DNA from: a virus
Taxonomy: Duplodnaviria > Caudoviricetes
DNA: 34,608 bases
Reading direction: 5' to 3' (one strand)
IMG/VR virus record: IMGVR_UViG_3300010297_000029
Span: 1-34,608 of that record
Shown: positions 32,521 to 34,608 of the stretch, one piece after another
Position numbering within the stretch: the first letter of the stretch is position 1
Layout: the number at the start of each line of letters is the position of its first letter
The notes under the pieces: generated by a model
Seen by the model: the letters and a program-made list of their open reading frames with translations, nothing else
Told to the model about the DNA's origin: nothing
Databases searched by the model: none
Program-made: the position numbers and the translations under genes

Positions 32521-32549
32521 ATTCTAACAGTGTATCTATATGATGTCAA
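32521..32549 (-). promoter_or_regulatory. sigma70-type promoter TTGACA-N17-TAGAAT
   Basis: Perfect -35 (32544-32549), exact 17-nt spacer and 5/6 -10 (32521-32526), 23 nt before the glycosyltransferase ATG. Confidence 0.85.
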
Positions 32550-32713
32550 TAAGAGGATTCTGCGACCGCCTTTTTATCAACTGTCAATTCCTCGTATTCG
32601 TACTTAGACTCGTCCAATTTTTTCCATTTATCTTTGAATTCCTCTTCTGTAAGTACAGATTCGAGGCATTGATTATCCTTCGAGTAAATGTGGTAGATTT
32701 TTGAGTTCATCAT
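32546..32713 (-). CDS. Small hypothetical protein, 55 aa (below cutoff)
   Basis: MMNSKIYHIYSKDNQCLESVLTEEEFKDKWKKLDESKYEYEELTVDKKAVAESSY*. Fills the gap; its stop overlaps the -35 box. Confidence 0.7.
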   Translation of the reverse strand: MMNSKIYHIYSKDNQCLESVLTEEEFKDKWKKLDESKYEYEELTVDKKAVAESSY

Positions 32714-32719
32714 ATCTGT

Positions 32720-32869
32720 CTAATTCGCTACAGAATTATATATCCCTATGATGAGAATCCCCATTACGGCAAATACTACCTTTGGGTGTCGGGCAATCCA
32801 ATAAGTCAGGATGACCCTCCACATATTCCAATAGGGTGTTCTTCGGCGGCGCATTCGGAGAATTCTCAT
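32720..32869 (-). CDS. Small membrane protein, ~49 aa (below cutoff)
   Basis: MRILRMRRRRTPYWNMWRVILTYWIARHPKVVFAVMGILIIGIYNSVAN*: basic N-terminus followed by a hydrophobic helix. Alternative start at 32854. Confidence 0.65.
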   Translation of the reverse strand: MRILRMRRRRTPYWNMWRVILTYWIARHPKVVFAVMGILIIGIYNSVAN

Positions 32870-32877
32870 TGACCTTA

Positions 32878-33531
32878 TTATACCAGAGGATCTACCTTCT
32901 GTGGGGTGTTTGAGGCAACATAGGGCGTATCAATAACATTTGGAGATTGTGTTATATCTCCTGCAATACAAATTCGATAATCATCTGAGGTATACCCTGG
33001 CATAACCATATGATCCATCATCCCAGGAAAAAGCAAGAGTGTTCCCTCAGAACTCTTGTCAAGCTTTACATTATACGTCTGAATTAATCCAAGAAGATCA
33101 GAGTAAAATAAAATAAAGTCTGTGGCAGACGGGTGGCGAGCATGACAGTTCCCACTCTGCTCCTCTCTCCAATCTGTGGGAATATTCATCCAAATCACAA
33201 AAGAAAGCACCGATTTATGTTTGTGCGGCTCTACATAATCCCCTGGATGATTTACCCTCACCCATAACCTGCTAATCTCCAGCGAATGTTCGTGGGTTGT
33301 GTGCGGCTCGCCAGGGTAGTAGAAGTCCGTAAAGTATTTGTTTACATACGGCACCATAAACGCCGCCAACTTACCCTCATCATCCCGTATAGGAAATTGG
33401 TTATACTCTAAATCTACCTCGGGAAAATTCGGAGGTAACACAGAATCAATTATGGAATTCAAATACTCTCGGATATTATCATCAATCTCACCTTTTATGA
33501 CGCCAAGGTTTGGGAACTCTAAATGATCCAC
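32878..33531 (-). CDS. Putative 2OG-Fe(II) oxygenase (cyanophage type), 217 aa
   Basis: WVRVNHPGDYVEPHKH..LSFVIW, EGTLLLFPG..DHMV.P and RICIAGDI give the HxH...H...R pattern of a double-stranded beta-helix dioxygenase. GTG start. Confidence 0.75.
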   Translation of the reverse strand: MDHLEFPNLGVIKGEIDDNIREYLNSIIDSVLPPNFPEVDLEYNQFPIRDDEGKLAAFMVPYVNKYFTDFYYPGEPHTTHEHSLEISRLWVRVNHPGDYVEPHKHKSVLSFVIWMNIPTDWREEQSGNCHARHPSATDFILFYSDLLGLIQTYNVKLDKSSEGTLLLFPGMMDHMVMPGYTSDDYRICIAGDITQSPNVIDTPYVASNTPQKVDPLV

Positions 33532-33553
33532 GGAAATTTTTTACAGTAACCTT

Positions 33554-33562
33554 ATTATAACA
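33554..33562 (-). promoter_or_regulatory. Extended -10 promoter TGTTATAAT upstream of the oxygenase
   Basis: TG-n-TATAAT ~22 nt upstream of the GTG at 33531; no canonical -35. Confidence 0.55.
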
Positions 33563-33730
33563 CCTTATGGGTGAAAAATTTTTGGCGAATTTTTTTTAAT
33601 GAACTCGAAATCACTCACTCGAATTGTCACCTCTGTAGGTTAGGGTAGTGACTCGTTTTTAATCGCAGGGGCGCACATTAGTATAACTTATCAATGGAAT
33701 CAACTGCCATAACGACTGCTGATCAATCGA

Positions 33731-33863
33731 TGTGTGCCGCACGAACAACTGGCACACACTGCCAAACCCCTTGCGCCGCAACGGATCTCAGCGACTGTGC
33801 CAATCCACGAACTGCCATTTTCCAGTTACAACCGTTTACAATCCAGTTTGCGAACTGTCCACT
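33731..33863. repeat. Three quasi-palindromic boxes CC(A/G)-N7-AACTG
   Basis: Copies begin at 33737, 33800 and 33843. The first lies within a perfect 8-bp inverted repeat TGTGTGCC-N12-GGCACACA. Confidence 0.6.
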
Positions 33864-33910
33864 CTGAAATGCTGACGAAAACTGACATAAAACGTCACAC
33901 TACAGGGCAC

Positions 33911-33936
33911 AAAAAAAGCGACCCATAAGGGTCGCT
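33911..33936 (-). terminator. Rho-independent terminator
   Basis: Minus strand AGCGACCC-TTAT-GGGTCGC followed by T7, ~50 nt downstream of the stop at 33988. Confidence 0.88.
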
Positions 33937-33987
33937 GATCAGTCCCGTTTTTGTGCAGAATCTAAAGATTCTCTCCCTATTTGCCTC

Positions 33988-34608
33988 TCAGTCAACCAGA
34001 CCCTTGTTAATCCGCCTGTATGCAACCCAGGTGATCGCTTGCATCTGAGAGGGCGAGACTGCGCTCTCACCGCGTTCTAGGCGCACTGCAGTGGCAATCG
34101 CTGCCGCTTCCCTGTAGGCGTCCTGAATGCCTGCGAATGCCTTAGGCGTCATGCTTGGCACGTCTTTCAGACCGCTTACGGTGCCATTCCAGACGTTGTA
34201 GGCGTGCCCATCGATCACGGGCGCGTCACAGTTGCCATTGGTGGCAATGTTTTCAAAAAACGTTGTAACTTTCTGCCCTTTCAAGATAACTTTAATTTGA
34301 TCGTAATTTGCACGCAATTCGAGAATCGCAATCGCCTTTGCTTTGTTACTTTTAAAGGTGCAGACTTTAATCTCCTCAGGATCGATTCCCGTTGCGATTG
34401 CACGGGCAAGCGATTCCGCGTCTTGAATGTTTCTATCCCACTTGTTATTTGGCGACAGTGCAGCGATTGCGCCTGCAATCTGATCAGTGCTGAACCCGTA
34501 TTTGTTACCCAAAGTCACGCAAATACCGTGGGCATTGTTATACCAATTAGCGCCATCTTGCTGGTCAAGAATACTGGCGCGGAAGAACATTGCCAGAATT
34601 GAATCAAC
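33988..34608 (-). CDS. Phage protein with HhH-glycosylase-like motifs (probably 5'-truncated by the window)
   Basis: G.NWY, IAALSPNNKW.RN, GQKVTTFF.NI, VIDGHA, QMQAITW. The frame stays open upstream of ATG 34590 to the window end (VDSILA-MFF). Visibly higher GC than the structural block. Confidence 0.75.
   Translation of the reverse strand, partial: VDSILAMFFRASILDQQDGANWYNNAHGICVTLGNKYGFSTDQIAGAIAALSPNNKWDRNIQDAESLARAIATGIDPEEIKVCTFKSNKAKAIAILELRANYDQIKVILKGQKVTTFFENIATNGNCDAPVIDGHAYNVWNGTVSGLKDVPSMTPKAFAGIQDAYREAAAIATAVRLERGESAVSPSQMQAITWVAYRRINKGLVD

Noticed and set aside
33731-33863. Possible mini-CRISPR array
   Set aside because: Repeats are short, degenerate and unevenly spaced (63 and 43 bp), and no cas genes are present.
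33734-33928. 64-aa plus-strand ORF in the non-coding region
   Set aside because: It is on the opposite strand to all genes, has no SD, and runs through palindromic boxes and a terminator.
33563-33930. 10-bp inverted match CCTTATGGGT (33563) / ACCCATAAGG (33921) as mobile-element ends
   Set aside because: Too short, with no target duplication or transposase; the second copy is part of the terminator.
1-34608. tRNA, rRNA or photosynthesis auxiliary genes
   Set aside because: None recognisable; the intergenic gaps are too short or lack cloverleaf features.

Overview
This is a segment of a T4-like marine cyanomyovirus genome (Kyanoviridae-type Synechococcus/Prochlorococcus phage), with essentially all real genes on the minus strand. 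In transcription order (right to left) it opens with a GC-richer early-type gene resembling a HhH glycosylase, a terminator, and a ~450-bp non-coding region with repeated palindromic boxes. Next come a 2OG-Fe(II) oxygenase, small ORFs, a consensus sigma70 promoter driving a GT-A glycosyltransferase, conserved hypotheticals and a candidate two-hairpin cis-regulatory RNA. The late structural block follows: gp25, gp6, giant gp7 (4500 aa), gp8, VrlC/DUF4815-like protein (2509 aa), a small ORF, gp13, gp14, gp15 and gp16. Four signals stand out. (1) A >=501-aa ORF at 1..1504, missing from the ORF track, is built of short Cys-rich and basic modules, most preceded by a hydrophobic-X-Glu site like those cut by T4 prohead protease gp21, suggesting a capsid-processed polyprotein. 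(2) gp7 shows Russian-doll nesting of repeat domains. (3) A short [V/I]G[I/L/V/F]x(S/T)T motif recurs across unrelated virion proteins encoded near a phage glycosyltransferase. (4) An RNA hairpin element at 30640-30691 sequesters a Shine-Dalgarno sequence. All family calls come from motif recognition and synteny, not database searches.
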